From positions 4,095-68,094 of the forward strand of contig CBFGOU010000001.1 of NCBI GenBank assembly GCA_965650445.1: 64,000 nucleotides of DNA. Direction: 5' to 3'. Each line of letters opens with the position of its first letter. The stretch's first letter is position 1. The DNA comes from an uncultured Oxalobacteraceae bacterium. GTDB taxonomy: Bacteria > Pseudomonadota > Gammaproteobacteria > Burkholderiales > Burkholderiaceae_D. The position numbers and the translations under genes are program-made. The notes under the pieces are model-generated. The model worked only from the letters and a program-made list of their open reading frames with translations. It was not told where the DNA came from and did not search any database. Below, in pieces: positions 1-10,817 of this stretch.

Positions 1-178
1 AGGCGCCTTCGCGCACCACGCTGGCGTCGCCGCGGCCGCCCAGCGCCAGCTGCAGCGCATCGATCAGAATCGACTTGCCCGCGCCGGTCTCGCCGGTGAA
101 TACGGAAAAGCCGCTGGAAAACTCCAGCTCGATCGTATCGACGATCACAAAATCGCGGATGGTAAGGGTACGCAGCAT
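1..178 (-). CDS. recN: DNA repair protein RecN, 5' part (runs off window start)
   Basis: Manual translation from ATG at 178: [42 protein letters not shown]; RecN N-terminus with Walker A; follows NAD kinase as usual. Confidence 0.95.
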   Translation of the reverse strand, partial: MLRTLTIRDFVIVDTIELEFSSGFSVFTGETGAGKSILIDALQLALGGRGDASVVREGA

Positions 179-206
179 TGACCTGATCTTTATTGAGGTG
201 GCGGGC

Positions 207-1106
207 TTAGCGCAGCTTGCCTTCGCCCGACGGATATTCGTTCCAGTGCAGTTTCTCGCGCAGGGTATCGTAATAGCTCCAGCCTTCCGGATGCAGGAAG
301 GTGATGTGGTGCGGCGAGCGCGAAATGACGATCCGGTCGCCGTGGTGCAGACTGGCAAACGTCTGCATGTCGAAATTGACGCTGTTATCGCGCCCGCTGA
401 CGATCTCGATCACGATCTCGCTCGAATCGGGCACCACGATCGGCCGGTTCGACAGCGCGTGCGGGGCGATCGGCACCAGGCCGATGCCGCCCAGGCTGGG
501 GTGCAGCAGCGCGCCGCCGGCCGACAGCGCATACGCGGTCGAGCCGGTCGGGGTGGCGATGATCAGGCCATCGGAACGCTGGTTATACATGAAGGCGCCG
601 TCCACCGTCACTTTCAGCTCCACCATGCCGGCCCCGGCGCCGCGCGCCACCACCACGTCGTTGACGGCCAGTCCGCAGGCGATCTGGTCGCCGTCGCGCA
701 TCACGCGGCCTTCCAGCAGGGTGCGGCGCTCGGCCTTGGTCTTGCCGCCGAGGATTTCACCCAGCACCGGCAGCATGCGGTCGAGCGCAATATCGGTCAT
801 GAAACCCAGGCGGCCCTGGTTGATCCCGATGAGCGGCACGTCGTACGGCGCCAGCTGGCGCGCGATGCCCAGCATGGTGCCGTCGCCGCCCATGACGATG
901 GCGGCGCAGGCGACCGCGCCGATGGCGGCGGCGTCCAGCGCTTCCAGGCCCGGCAGTTTCAGATGGGCCGCCGTCTGCGCTTCCAGGACGACGCGGTAAC
1001 CGGCCGCCTGGAGGAACCCGACCACGCTGTGCACCGGCTCGGCGATGCCGGCGGTGTTGTGCCGCACGGCGAGGGCGATGGTTTGTTGCGGTTGCGTGGT
1101 GGGCAT
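207..1106 (-). CDS. nadK: NAD(+) kinase
   Basis: [20 protein letters not shown] and [14 protein letters not shown] motifs; start placed at MPTT (1106). Confidence 0.95.
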   Translation of the reverse strand: MPTTQPQQTIALAVRHNTAGIAEPVHSVVGFLQAAGYRVVLEAQTAAHLKLPGLEALDAAAIGAVACAAIVMGGDGTMLGIARQLAPYDVPLIGINQGRLGFMTDIALDRMLPVLGEILGGKTKAERRTLLEGRVMRDGDQIACGLAVNDVVVARGAGAGMVELKVTVDGAFMYNQRSDGLIIATPTGSTAYALSAGGALLHPSLGGIGLVPIAPHALSNRPIVVPDSSEIVIEIVSGRDNSVNFDMQTFASLHHGDRIVISRSPHHITFLHPEGWSYYDTLREKLHWNEYPSGEGKLR

Positions 1107-1248
1107 GAAAATCTCGGCGGTGAACGACACGCAGCAGATTAACCGATTCTTGCTGCTTCTGCCATAGAGCGGCCCGCCGTTCAATTGAGCGACCGCCTTC
1201 CGCCGTGCGGGATACCATTCTCACAATAGTCGATGCAAGGAGAATCCC

Positions 1249-1548
1249 ATGGTGACCGAGACCCGCGACCGTGCCCTCAATACGGACGCCAAGATCAGCA
1301 ACGACGGCGTCAAGCGCCTGCCGCACGAGCGCGACGAAGCGCCCGAAGGCCAGGACACTTCCCCGCGCGGCGTGATGAAGCAGGCCGCCTCCGACCTCGA
1401 GCAGGGCCTGGTCGATACCGACCTGCACGGCACGCGCGGGGTGGAAGCCAGCGTTCCCGCCACGCCCGGCCAAGCCAAGCCGCAAAGCGACGCCCACAAG
1501 GGCATGCGCCACCACGACTCCACCGTCAAGTCGCGGGGCGGCGAATGA
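1249..1548 (+). CDS. small hypothetical protein
   Basis: AGGAG RBS upstream; stop overlaps next ATG (ATGA at 1545-1548). Confidence 0.7.
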   Translation: MVTETRDRALNTDAKISNDGVKRLPHERDEAPEGQDTSPRGVMKQAASDLEQGLVDTDLHGTRGVEASVPATPGQAKPQSDAHKGMRHHDSTVKSRGGE

Positions 1549-2852
1549 CGCCGCGGCGCCTGCTGCTGGGGGCCGCGCTGGCCATGGCCGGCCTGGCCGG
1601 CGCCCAGACCATGCCGGTGGGCTTCGGCCCCAATCCCACCCTGCCTGCCCCCAGCAAATCGCTGTTGCCGACCATGAACGTGGCGCCGGCCGATCCGTGG
1701 CCGAAAGGCACGGCGCCGCTCGCCGCGCCGGGCTTGCGGGTCACGTCCTACGCCAGCGGCCTGAACCATCCGCGCTGGCTGTACGTACTGCCCAATGGCG
1801 ACGTGCTGGTGGCCGAAACCAACAAGCCGCCCGCGCCTGACGAAGGCGGCGGCATCAAGGGCGCGGTGATGAAGCACGCCATGAAAAAAGCCGGCGCGGC
1901 GGTGCCCTCGCCCAACCGCATCACCCTGCTGCGCGGTGTCGGCCCGAACGGCGAGGCGGCCACCCGCAGCGTGTTCATGGACGCCTCCAACGGGCTAATG
2001 TCGCCGTTCGGCATGGCCCTGGTCGGCAACGACCTGTATGTGGCCAATGCCGACGCCGTGGTGCGCTTCCCCTATCAGGAAGGCCAGACCAATATTTCCG
2101 CCAAAGCCGTCAAGGTGATGGATTTGCCGGCAGGCATCAACCACCACTGGACCAAAAATCTCGTGGCCAGTCCCGACGGCAAGCTGCTGTATGCCTCGGT
2201 GGGCTCGAACAGCAATGTCGGCGAAAACGGCATCGACAAGGAAGAAGGCCGCGCCGCCATCTGGGAATTGAACATCGGCACCGGCAAGTCGCGCGTGTTC
2301 GCCAGCGGCCTGCGCAATCCTGTCGGCATGGCCTTCCATCCCCAGAGCGGGGTGCTGTGGACCAGCGTCAACGAGCGCGACGAGCTCGGCAACGATCTGG
2401 TGCCGGACTACATGACCTCGGTCAAGGATGGCGCCTTCTACGGCTGGCCGTACAGCTATTTCGGCCAGCATGTGGATGACCGCATCCAGCCGCAGCGGCC
2501 CGATCTGGTGGCCAAAGCCATCAAACCCGACTATGCACTGGGCGCCCACACCGCCTCGCTCGGCCTGGCGTTCTACGATGGCGCGCTGCTTCCCTCCTTC
2601 AAGAACGGCGCCCTGATCGGCCAGCACGGCTCGTGGAACCGCAAGCCGGCCTCGGGCTACAAGCTGATCTACGTGCCGTTCGCCGACGGCAAACCGAACG
2701 GCGCACCGCAGGACGTGCTGACCGGCTTCCTCGGCAAGAACGGCCACGCCTACGGGCGGCCGGTCGGGGTGGCGGTCGACAAGGCCGGCGCGATCCTGCT
2801 GGCCGACGACGTCGGCAATATCATCTGGAGGGTGGTGCCCGCCGCCAAATAA
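1545..2852 (+). CDS. PQQ-dependent sugar / L-sorbosone dehydrogenase family protein (secreted)
   Basis: Signal peptide [13 protein letters not shown]; [48 protein letters not shown] motifs. Confidence 0.9.
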   Translation: MTPRRLLLGAALAMAGLAGAQTMPVGFGPNPTLPAPSKSLLPTMNVAPADPWPKGTAPLAAPGLRVTSYASGLNHPRWLYVLPNGDVLVAETNKPPAPDEGGGIKGAVMKHAMKKAGAAVPSPNRITLLRGVGPNGEAATRSVFMDASNGLMSPFGMALVGNDLYVANADAVVRFPYQEGQTNISAKAVKVMDLPAGINHHWTKNLVASPDGKLLYASVGSNSNVGENGIDKEEGRAAIWELNIGTGKSRVFASGLRNPVGMAFHPQSGVLWTSVNERDELGNDLVPDYMTSVKDGAFYGWPYSYFGQHVDDRIQPQRPDLVAKAIKPDYALGAHTASLGLAFYDGALLPSFKNGALIGQHGSWNRKPASGYKLIYVPFADGKPNGAPQDVLTGFLGKNGHAYGRPVGVAVDKAGAILLADDVGNIIWRVVPAAK

Positions 2853-2944
2853 TGTCAAGCCTGCGATGTGCGCTCCCGTACAGAAAAACGGAACGGGGGC
2901 GCGCAAGATGTCTCTCACGACAAACCAAAGCGCAGGAGGACATC

Positions 2945-3373
2945 ATGATCAAACGTTCCGGTAGCGCCGTCTGGAGTGGCGGCCTGAAAGATGGAAAAGG
3001 ATCGATTTCGACCCAGAGCGGCGTGCTCGACAACACGCAATACGGCTTCAACACCCGTTTCGACAACGGCCCGGGCACCAACCCCGAAGAACTGATCGGC
3101 GCGGCGCATGCGGGCTGCTTCACGATGGCGCTGTCCGCCCAGCTGGGCGAGGCCGGCATGACCGCGCAAAGCCTGAAAACCACGGCCACGGTGTCCTTGG
3201 AGAAGGACGAACAGGGCTTTGCGATTACCGCCGTGCACCTCAATCTCATCGCCCACATCCCCGGCGCCAATCAGGAAGCGTTCGAAGCGGCCGCCCTGCG
3301 CGCCAAGCAGAATTGCCCGGTGTCGAAGCTGCTCAACGCCACCATCACACTGGACGCGCGCCTGGAGAATTAA
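2945..3373 (+). CDS. osmC: OsmC family peroxiredoxin
   Basis: GTNPEELIGAAHAGCFTMAL and CPVSK; AGGAGG RBS. Confidence 0.95.
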   Translation: MIKRSGSAVWSGGLKDGKGSISTQSGVLDNTQYGFNTRFDNGPGTNPEELIGAAHAGCFTMALSAQLGEAGMTAQSLKTTATVSLEKDEQGFAITAVHLNLIAHIPGANQEAFEAAALRAKQNCPVSKLLNATITLDARLEN

Positions 3374-3486
3374 GGGCCGCCCGGCGGCCGGTGCGCAGGT
3401 CGCTTAGAATCGCAGTTTGTTCCCGCACTCTTTCATGAGTGGCGGTGCGATTCTCCACGTACTAACGACAATTACAGGGGTTTATA

Positions 3487-3906
3487 TTGAAGTACCTGCA
3501 CACGATGGCCCGGGTCACCGACCTCGAGGCCTCGCTACGATTTTATCGTGACGCCCTCGGTTTAGAGGTCGTCCGCCAGCGAGAGTACCCGCAAGGGCGG
3601 TTCACGTTGGTCTACCTTGCCGCCCCTGGCGACCGAGGCGCTGAACTGGAACTGACGTATAACTGGGATCCGGAAGAGTACGCCGGTGGACGCAACTTCG
3701 GCCACCTGGCCTATGAGGTCGAAGATATTTACGCGGCGTGCCAACGGCTGGTCGATCATGGCATGACGATCAACCGTCCGCCGCGCGACGGCCACATGGC
3801 ATTCGTGCGATCGCCGGATAATATTTCGATCGAACTGTTGCAGGCCGGTGCACCTCTCGCACCACAAGAGCCATGGGCGTCGATGCCCAATACCGGGGCC
3901 TGGTGA
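3487..3906 (+). CDS. gloA: lactoylglutathione lyase (glyoxalase I, VOC family)
   Basis: [30 protein letters not shown]; TTG start. Confidence 0.9.
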   Translation: MKYLHTMARVTDLEASLRFYRDALGLEVVRQREYPQGRFTLVYLAAPGDRGAELELTYNWDPEEYAGGRNFGHLAYEVEDIYAACQRLVDHGMTINRPPRDGHMAFVRSPDNISIELLQAGAPLAPQEPWASMPNTGAW

Positions 3907-4079
3907 TCAAGCATGCGCGGCTCTTCGGAGTCACGCAGCGAATCGACGGACGCTGGCCGCTGCGCAAATCGCCCCGGCATGACGGGGCCGTTCCCGTTGC
4001 TCTTGACAGACGGTCGTAAGAATTTCGTCATGTCACCGCCACGTGTGGAAGACCTTATAGTTACCACCAGCCTCAGATT

Positions 4080-4106
4080 CGTCGTTCCCGCAAAGGCGGG
4101 AACCCA
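4080..4106. repeat. REP-type palindromic element
   Basis: CGTCGTTCCCGCAAAGGCGGGAACCCA hairpin; reads WVPAFAGTT on the minus strand, typical of this REP class. Confidence 0.7.
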
Positions 4107-4320
4107 TAACCCGGTTGAGTAGGCAGCATTGGAATCCGCAGCGGAAACGTATTTCACCCCCTTGTTTTTTTCGCTAAACTACACTGCAATACCACCGCTA
4201 ATGTAGCGCCGAAGGCGGTCTCGCCGGCACGTACGTGTACGCGGGATAAGCCATGTTGTGCATCATGTATACCGTCATCGACAAATCCTCCGGCACTCCG
4301 GGGACACCTGGGAGACGAGG

Positions 4321-7300
4321 ATGACGCATCGACTGCGAATCCTTCATGTATCAGACTTACATGAACGCGTCGCTCTCGATTCCATGGATGACGAGCGCAA
4401 GCGGCGGATCGAACTCGGCGCTGCCTCTCGATACCGCGTCCTCGACGAAAGTAGTCTTTACGACAGAATTGCCGAACTGCGGGCGGATGGCCCGATTGAC
4501 CTCGTCTGCTTCACAGGCGACATCGCGGACTGGGGACTGGCCGAAGAATATGCCGCCGCCTCCGGGCGTATCAGGCGCATCCTCGATGCATGCGCTACAT
4601 CGGTTCATGCGCTCTTCGTGGTCCCGGGAAATCACGACGTCGATCGAAGCCGCAATCCCACGGAGTGGAAAGAGTTTCGCGATTTCACCACACGTTACGC
4701 CGCCGAGGTCGGCCGATGGATGGCCGCTCCGCATTCAATTCCCCTTGGCGCTAAGGCCGAGTGGCGGGAAGCGGTGCTACGTCGTAGCGAGAACTTCTGG
4801 AACTGGGTCGCCAACGATCTCAAACGAACGGCGCTCTCGCCCGCCGCCAGCGCACATCACGCACTCGGGTACAGAAATACGGTCGCGGTGCGCGACCTGC
4901 CGTTTCCGGTGCACGTGATTGGACTCGATTCGGCTTGGCTTGCAGGGGACAATCACGATAAGGGAATGCTCAGGCTTACCGCCGAACAGATCAGAATGCT
5001 GGTCCACGAAAAAGCGTACCCGCTCAAAGGCTTCCGGCTGGCGCTCGTTCATCATCCGTTGGCAGACCTTGCCGACCAGATTGGCGCGACGCACAGACTC
5101 TCCGAACGCGTGGACCTTCTGCTGCACGGACATCAGCACGAAGCGCTCGCCATGTCGATTGCCGATCCGCAGCGATCGCTTCCGGTGCTTGCGGCGGGCT
5201 CGCTCTATGAGGGCGATCACGAAGACAGATACGACAACGCGTTTCAGTGCATCGATGTGACGCTCGATGATACCGGCCGCCCGCTTGCATACGATGTCAC
5301 TTTCCTCGCGTGGTCTGAACGCGGGCATTGGCACCGGTCAAGCGCGTTTTATCACACGGATTCCAATGGCAAGCTCCACGTCGACGTTCCACACCGAAAG
5401 CCGGCGACCGCTGATGACCGTACCGGAACCGGTGAAAGTGCGAAGTTACCTGCTTCCAGATGGCTCGACGGTTTGCACGCTACCCCACTGTGGCGGAGCG
5501 TATCGCACGCGCCTTTGCCACTGGCGCGCCGCATCAATGTTCTCGTGTTGCGAGCACAAGCGATCTTCGATTGCGCCCTTGAGCGCGTGCCCGACGAACG
5601 ATGGCGTGATGCCGAGAGCCCCCTGCGCGTTCTGCACCGCCTTGATATCCTTCTTGGCAATGGCGAGGCGCAACTTTCGCCTGCGGAAGCGGCACTCACA
5701 TGCATCGCGCCATTCGTCTATGAGGCTGTTCTGGCGGCGGGCCAGGTAATGCTCGCGGCGGAAGGCGACCCTCTCGATCCTTTGAGGAAAGGCGACAATC
5801 CCGGGGCGAAGCCTGCCTGGTCCGCGTTGCGCAATGCAATCCGCTCCGAGGAGGCAATGATGAGCCGGCGCGAGCGCCTGGTTCAGCGTGACATGCTGGA
5901 GGCTGCACAGGATCTGTCGGGGTGGCAACTGAACCAGTTCCTGCACTCGAGCGGCGAGTTATGGGACTTCGTGCCGCAGGCGGGGGAACGGGCTGGCGGC
6001 TGGATCAACAAGACCCTTGACGAGCTCTTTGCCCCCTCGCCCGCGCCGGACGAACAGGACGACCGGATACGACAGATCATCAACGGAAGGCGCGTCGTTC
6101 AGCTTTCCCGCTTTCTCTTCGCCTCGTCTCAAGAAATTGAGCTCGCGCGTGCCCCCGACCGCGCCAATCGACTACTCGACGAGGTGCGCGTGGGCGACTC
6201 ACCCGACGAATGGCGGCTCAGGGAGCCGTTGCTCGCGCACCTCGTTTCGATTGCCGCTGCAATGGAGGCCGACCCTCGGCGGCTCGACCCGGTGCTCATC
6301 GAGCATGTCGGGATGTCGTCCGGTCTGGTCGCGACATCCCTGCGCCGACAGCTTCGGAGCATTACCTGGAATCGTGTTGGTGACGACTTGGTGATGAACC
6401 TGCACTGCGAACATGAGGCGATCGATTTCGCAGCACAACATCTGGTGGAATCGCTCGAACGGCACAATCAAAAGTTGAAAGAAACCGACACCGTCGGCGA
6501 ACCGCTCAGAAGCGCCCTGCCCGCGCACTTCACCGACAAAGGCATCCTGCCGATGACCGATCGAAGCGGCCGCCCCGTCTACAGGCGGCCGCATCTTCAG
6601 GTGACGCTCGATCAAGGGCGCATCCTGCATCTGCTCATGGGAACCTCACTGTACGGCAATCCCGAGTTGGCGTTGCGCGAACTTTACCAAAATGCCCTCG
6701 ATGCGTGCCGCCTGCGCCGGGCGCGCGTCGCCTACCTGAAAGCGTCAGGTGAACGCATCGACGATTATGCCGGCAGGATCATATTCGAAACAGGCGTCTT
6801 CGAAGGAAGAGCCTTTGTGCAATGTGAAGACAACGGGATCGGCATGGGAGAACGTCATCTCCGCTCCTTCTTCGCTCAGGGTGGACGGCGCTTCTCGGAT
6901 AGTCACGAATTTCATGTCGAAAAGGCTATTTGGAACGAGCGCGGCATTCAGTTCTTTGCCAACAGTCGATTCGGAATCGGCGTGTTCAGTTATTTCATGG
7001 TCGCCGACGAATTGATGGTTCAATCGAAGCGGCTCGGGCTCAATGGGGAAGATTGGGAAGCCGGCGTGCGTGCACACATCGTCGGAGGGAGCAGCCTGTT
7101 TCGAATACAGCATGCCGACGATGTGCGAGGCGGAACCCTCGTGCGGCTGTATCTTCGTGACCCGCACATCGTTCACGACCTGACTGAACGTATCTTGGAT
7201 TGGCTCTGGCTGCCCGAGGTCGAGGTGGTATTCAAGAGACCCGATCAATCGGGATCACGCCTGAAAGCCGGGCAACCAACGCCGGGGTTTGTAGATTCGG

Positions 7301-10269
7301 TCACCTCATTGGTCCCGGTGCAGCAAAGCCTCGACGAACGCGGCCATGCGCGGGTTTTCTGGGTAGTTTCGCCACGCCTGGGCATGCCGCAATCATACGG
7401 CTTGCTAGTCGACGGCATTCGCACCAACAATGCCAGCCAGAGCGAGGTACCGCATGCCATTGTCAATCTGAATGACGATCTGGCGCCAGATCTGACGGTC
7501 GACCGCTCGCGGGTGACCTCCTGGGAGAAAGGATTTTCCTATATCGCCAGCCTTATCCGGCAGGGCGCGTGGCGCGAACTCTGCCAGCTTCCAGAGCTGG
7601 ATCTCATATCCCTCGAAGAAATGTTCCGCGCGTGGCCACTTCCGTTATTGCCGCTAGACAAGGCCTGGCGCTGCGGTGAAATCGGGCAGATCGCGCCTGC
7701 ATTGCAAACCGATTCGTATGACCTGAACGACGACACGCAGCTGCACCGTCTTGCGCGTGCCTCCCTCGGCGTTGCGCCCGCGCTGGATGCGCTCATCCTC
7801 AATCTGGCCGGACTGCGCGTGACTTTCCGCAACGAAAGGCATGGATCCGATGTGGAGCAGGATGAACCAACGGACGCGAATTGGCGACTTGCCGATTCGG
7901 TACACGGCGCAGCGTTCGCGCGACTCATCGCAGCGCGCGCGTTGGCACTTGAGAAAGCTGGCGTGAAACTCTTGGGGCAGTACCCGCTGCTTGCACAGTT
8001 CGCGCACGAGAACAACTGGCGCGATCAGCCCACGCTGGGTTTGATCCTTCTTCAGGACCATTTGCGCGCGCCGGCCAACGGCTCGCTCAAGATCCTCGTC
8101 GCGGAGTTGCTGAAGATCAGTCACCTTTGGTCGCTCAGGCTCGACGAGGTGGCGACTCTGGCACGGCACCTCGCGCCGCTTGAGATTCTGCTCCCTGACC
8201 TGGAGCGTTTTCCCGAGAACGCCGTGCTCACTCAAGGACAGACAAGCCTGCTAAAGGCGGTCTTCGGCGCCACACCGTGGAGCGACTCGATCGCCCTTGG
8301 CGCAGTCATTGCAGCTTCCATCGCGATAGCGATGCCACTCGATGAAGTGTCGACGGTAGCCCGTGAACTCGCCGATTTCGGCATGGATGTGCCCTGTCCC
8401 TTGCCCGATACTTCCGGTCTCGCGTTAACTGAACAGCACCAGCTTCTGTTGTCCACCGATCTATCGCGCAGCGGCCCATGGCTCGACACGCTCTCTTTGC
8501 AGCACCTGCTGTCTGCGGAGAATCGCTTGCATATCCCGCTGGACCGCGTGCACGCGTTGGCCAGCCAATTGGTGGCGCTCGGCATCGAAGCGCCCGATCT
8601 AAGCAGCTTTCTGCAAGACAGCCGTCAACGCACACTCTTGTCGCTAGAGCTGGATGGCCAATCACCGTGGCACGACAGCTTGTCCGGCGCCCATATCGTT
8701 GCCGCTGCCGTGAAGTGGTCGACATCACTTGCGGAGGCGGCCGAGGTCGCGCAAAAACTGGGAAAGCTCGGTGTTGCCTTGCCGCAAATCGCTGATCCCC
8801 TCCCATCGTTTATTCCCGACCAGCGTTCTCTGACCCTGACGACATCACGATGGTACGACATTGGCGACAACGATCCCTCCCGCGTGAGTCTTGCAAGGGT
8901 GCTGCGAGCGGCGGCCAGCTGGACTATGCGAGTGGGCGATGTCCTGGCTCTGGCACGCCCATTGATGTCGATCGGTGTCCAGATCTGCGAAGTGCCGGAC
9001 TGCGCAGGCGATTTCGTTCCTGAGGCGCGGCATCTCATGCTCCTGTCCGTTCATCTGGACGCCGCGGCGATCGACACCAGCGTCATTCCCTCATCCCGGC
9101 TTGTATGTGCAGCGATCGAATGGCGGCTATCCGTCCGCGAAGTCATCGAACTCGTGCGGCCCCTTGCGGGCCTCGGCATCGCGATCCGCTACCTCGACGA
9201 CATCGCCACTGCTTGTCCGCCAACGCCAATGCAGGCATTGCTTATCTCCCGCAATCTCGATGCCGGGCCGCCATGGCTTACCTGGATTTCGGCGGGGCAT
9301 GTTCTGGAAGCGCGCGTCAAACTGCAGCTTGACGCGCAGGAGGTGGCGCAAGCTTGCCATTCGCTCGCTGCCATGGGGTTCGAAGTTGCCGATCTGAATC
9401 ACGATGTTGCCAGACCTGTCCCGACTCGCCTTGTGCAACTGCTCTCCGAAGACCTGGATGGCAAGAGTCCCTGGGCGGGGAAAATCGATGCCGAGCGCGT
9501 GCTGCGGGCCAGTGTTCTCTGGCACAAGCCGATCGGGTACATCGTCGACATGGCGCGCCCGTATGGCGTACTGGAGCCGGCGCTGTGCCAGCTCGATTCG
9601 TCATTGGCCGCTTTCGAGCCCGAGCAGCGACACCTGGACCTGATGTCTGCGGACCTCAACGGTCCCGGCCCGCATGTGACGGCGTTGCCCGTCGGTCATC
9701 TGCTCAAGGCGGGCCTGATGTGGGCAATCAGCCTGCGGCAAGTCTACGAGCTTGCCAAACCGCTGGTGCAACTGGGCCTCGCAAGCTTGCCTGAACTTAG
9801 CCCCGCGCAACAGGATTTCGCGCACAGCGAGCGGCACGTGTTTCTGCTATCCGCAGATCTGGACGGCAGAGCGCCATGGGTAGAAAAGTTCTCCCCAGCA
9901 CATCTGTTCGAAGCCGCCCGCAAGCTGTCCTGGCCGCTTTCGAACACGCTGAACGCGGCTGCACGACTGCAGGCTCTGGGCATCGCGATGCCGGCAAACG
10001 GCGTGCTGGCATTCGAAAAGAGCGAGCGGGCCAGCCAATTGCTCGATAGTCTGCATTACGGGCAGCGCCGCGTATGTGCATGGAACATCGTCGACCTCGC
10101 CATTCTTCACCACACCGATGTTCTCGACTATGCGCAGGCGTTGCCCTTGCTCGTCGAGATGGATGTGGACGTCAGCGACGCGCTGCAATTCGTCAGCTTC
10201 TGTGGCAAGCTTGGCCCCGCCAGGCCTTGCTTACCCGGCCCATTCAATCCGGATGACGCCGCATCGTGA
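4321..10269 (+). CDS. Calcineurin-like metallophosphoesterase + helical domain + HSP90/GHKL ATPase + about 10 C-terminal helical (wHTH-like) repeats
   Basis: SDLH, GDIAD, PGNHD, HHP, GHQH; RELYQNALDA, DNGIGM, SRFGIG, GGT; repeats LLSxDLDGxxPW...LxxLG from about 8040 to 10000; GAGG RBS before ATG 4321. Confidence 0.85.
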   Translation: MTHRLRILHVSDLHERVALDSMDDERKRRIELGAASRYRVLDESSLYDRIAELRADGPIDLVCFTGDIADWGLAEEYAAASGRIRRILDACATSVHALFVVPGNHDVDRSRNPTEWKEFRDFTTRYAAEVGRWMAAPHSIPLGAKAEWREAVLRRSENFWNWVANDLKRTALSPAASAHHALGYRNTVAVRDLPFPVHVIGLDSAWLAGDNHDKGMLRLTAEQIRMLVHEKAYPLKGFRLALVHHPLADLADQIGATHRLSERVDLLLHGHQHEALAMSIADPQRSLPVLAAGSLYEGDHEDRYDNAFQCIDVTLDDTGRPLAYDVTFLAWSERGHWHRSSAFYHTDSNGKLHVDVPHRKPATADDRTGTGESAKLPASRWLDGLHATPLWRSVSHAPLPLARRINVLVLRAQAIFDCALERVPDERWRDAESPLRVLHRLDILLGNGEAQLSPAEAALTCIAPFVYEAVLAAGQVMLAAEGDPLDPLRKGDNPGAKPAWSALRNAIRSEEAMMSRRERLVQRDMLEAAQDLSGWQLNQFLHSSGELWDFVPQAGERAGGWINKTLDELFAPSPAPDEQDDRIRQIINGRRVVQLSRFLFASSQEIELARAPDRANRLLDEVRVGDSPDEWRLREPLLAHLVSIAAAMEADPRRLDPVLIEHVGMSSGLVATSLRRQLRSITWNRVGDDLVMNLHCEHEAIDFAAQHLVESLERHNQKLKETDTVGEPLRSALPAHFTDKGILPMTDRSGRPVYRRPHLQVTLDQGRILHLLMGTSLYGNPELALRELYQNALDACRLRRARVAYLKASGERIDDYAGRIIFETGVFEGRAFVQCEDNGIGMGERHLRSFFAQGGRRFSDSHEFHVEKAIWNERGIQFFANSRFGIGVFSYFMVADELMVQSKRLGLNGEDWEAGVRAHIVGGSSLFRIQHADDVRGGTLVRLYLRDPHIVHDLTERILDWLWLPEVEVVFKRPDQSGSRLKAGQPTPGFVDSVTSLVPVQQSLDERGHARVFWVVSPRLGMPQSYGLLVDGIRTNNASQSEVPHAIVNLNDDLAPDLTVDRSRVTSWEKGFSYIASLIRQGAWRELCQLPELDLISLEEMFRAWPLPLLPLDKAWRCGEIGQIAPALQTDSYDLNDDTQLHRLARASLGVAPALDALILNLAGLRVTFRNERHGSDVEQDEPTDANWRLADSVHGAAFARLIAARALALEKAGVKLLGQYPLLAQFAHENNWRDQPTLGLILLQDHLRAPANGSLKILVAELLKISHLWSLRLDEVATLARHLAPLEILLPDLERFPENAVLTQGQTSLLKAVFGATPWSDSIALGAVIAASIAIAMPLDEVSTVARELADFGMDVPCPLPDTSGLALTEQHQLLLSTDLSRSGPWLDTLSLQHLLSAENRLHIPLDRVHALASQLVALGIEAPDLSSFLQDSRQRTLLSLELDGQSPWHDSLSGAHIVAAAVKWSTSLAEAAEVAQKLGKLGVALPQIADPLPSFIPDQRSLTLTTSRWYDIGDNDPSRVSLARVLRAAASWTMRVGDVLALARPLMSIGVQICEVPDCAGDFVPEARHLMLLSVHLDAAAIDTSVIPSSRLVCAAIEWRLSVREVIELVRPLAGLGIAIRYLDDIATACPPTPMQALLISRNLDAGPPWLTWISAGHVLEARVKLQLDAQEVAQACHSLAAMGFEVADLNHDVARPVPTRLVQLLSEDLDGKSPWAGKIDAERVLRASVLWHKPIGYIVDMARPYGVLEPALCQLDSSLAAFEPEQRHLDLMSADLNGPGPHVTALPVGHLLKAGLMWAISLRQVYELAKPLVQLGLASLPELSPAQQDFAHSERHVFLLSADLDGRAPWVEKFSPAHLFEAARKLSWPLSNTLNAAARLQALGIAMPANGVLAFEKSERASQLLDSLHYGQRRVCAWNIVDLAILHHTDVLDYAQALPLLVEMDVDVSDALQFVSFCGKLGPARPCLPGPFNPDDAAS

Positions 10270-10817
10270 ACAGGACGACCGTGCCAGCCCCAATAGCCGA
10301 GAAGGCCGCACAGCAGCGCCTCGCACGGGCGGCAAGGTACTTCATGCATTCCCCGGTGCCGATTCCCGAAACGACGCTCATGGCGCTGCGCAACGCTGGC
10401 GTCGACCCGAGGGTCGCCAGGATCAACCTGGAGTCGGTCAAGGCCATCCTGCGCATCGAAAAGAGATGGTCGAAAGCGCGCACCGTGCAAGCCGAACTCG
10501 AATACAAGCGGATGCTCACGTTGCTGCTTTGGAATCCGGGTCTGCCACATCCAATCGTACCCACCCGGCTCGTGGACGAAATCTGGCACAGACATATACT
10601 CGATACACGTGCATATCACCAGGACATGCAGGAGCTCTTCGGCGAGTATCTGCACCATTTTCCGTACCTTGGTTTTCAAAATGAAGAGAGCCTCCGACTG
10701 AAAAACGAGGCATTTGAACTTTCGTGCCAGTTGTACGAGCGGACGTTCGGCGAACCCTTCTCGGCCTCCACCGTCAAACGCCTGGCAGTGCAAACGACAA
10801 AAAGGAGCCGTACATGA
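10266..10817 (+). CDS. GRDP-like (glycine-rich-domain-protein-like) conserved His-motif protein
   Basis: PTRLVDEIWHRHILDTRAY...FGEYLHHFP motif; GTG start overlaps upstream TGA. Confidence 0.7.
   Translation: MNRTTVPAPIAEKAAQQRLARAARYFMHSPVPIPETTLMALRNAGVDPRVARINLESVKAILRIEKRWSKARTVQAELEYKRMLTLLLWNPGLPHPIVPTRLVDEIWHRHILDTRAYHQDMQELFGEYLHHFPYLGFQNEESLRLKNEAFELSCQLYERTFGEPFSASTVKRLAVQTTKRSRT

Noticed and set aside
75-1142. Long antisense ORFs (75-1142, 13677-15227, 31674-32834 and similar)
   Set aside because: Shadow frames opposite well-supported genes in high-GC DNA
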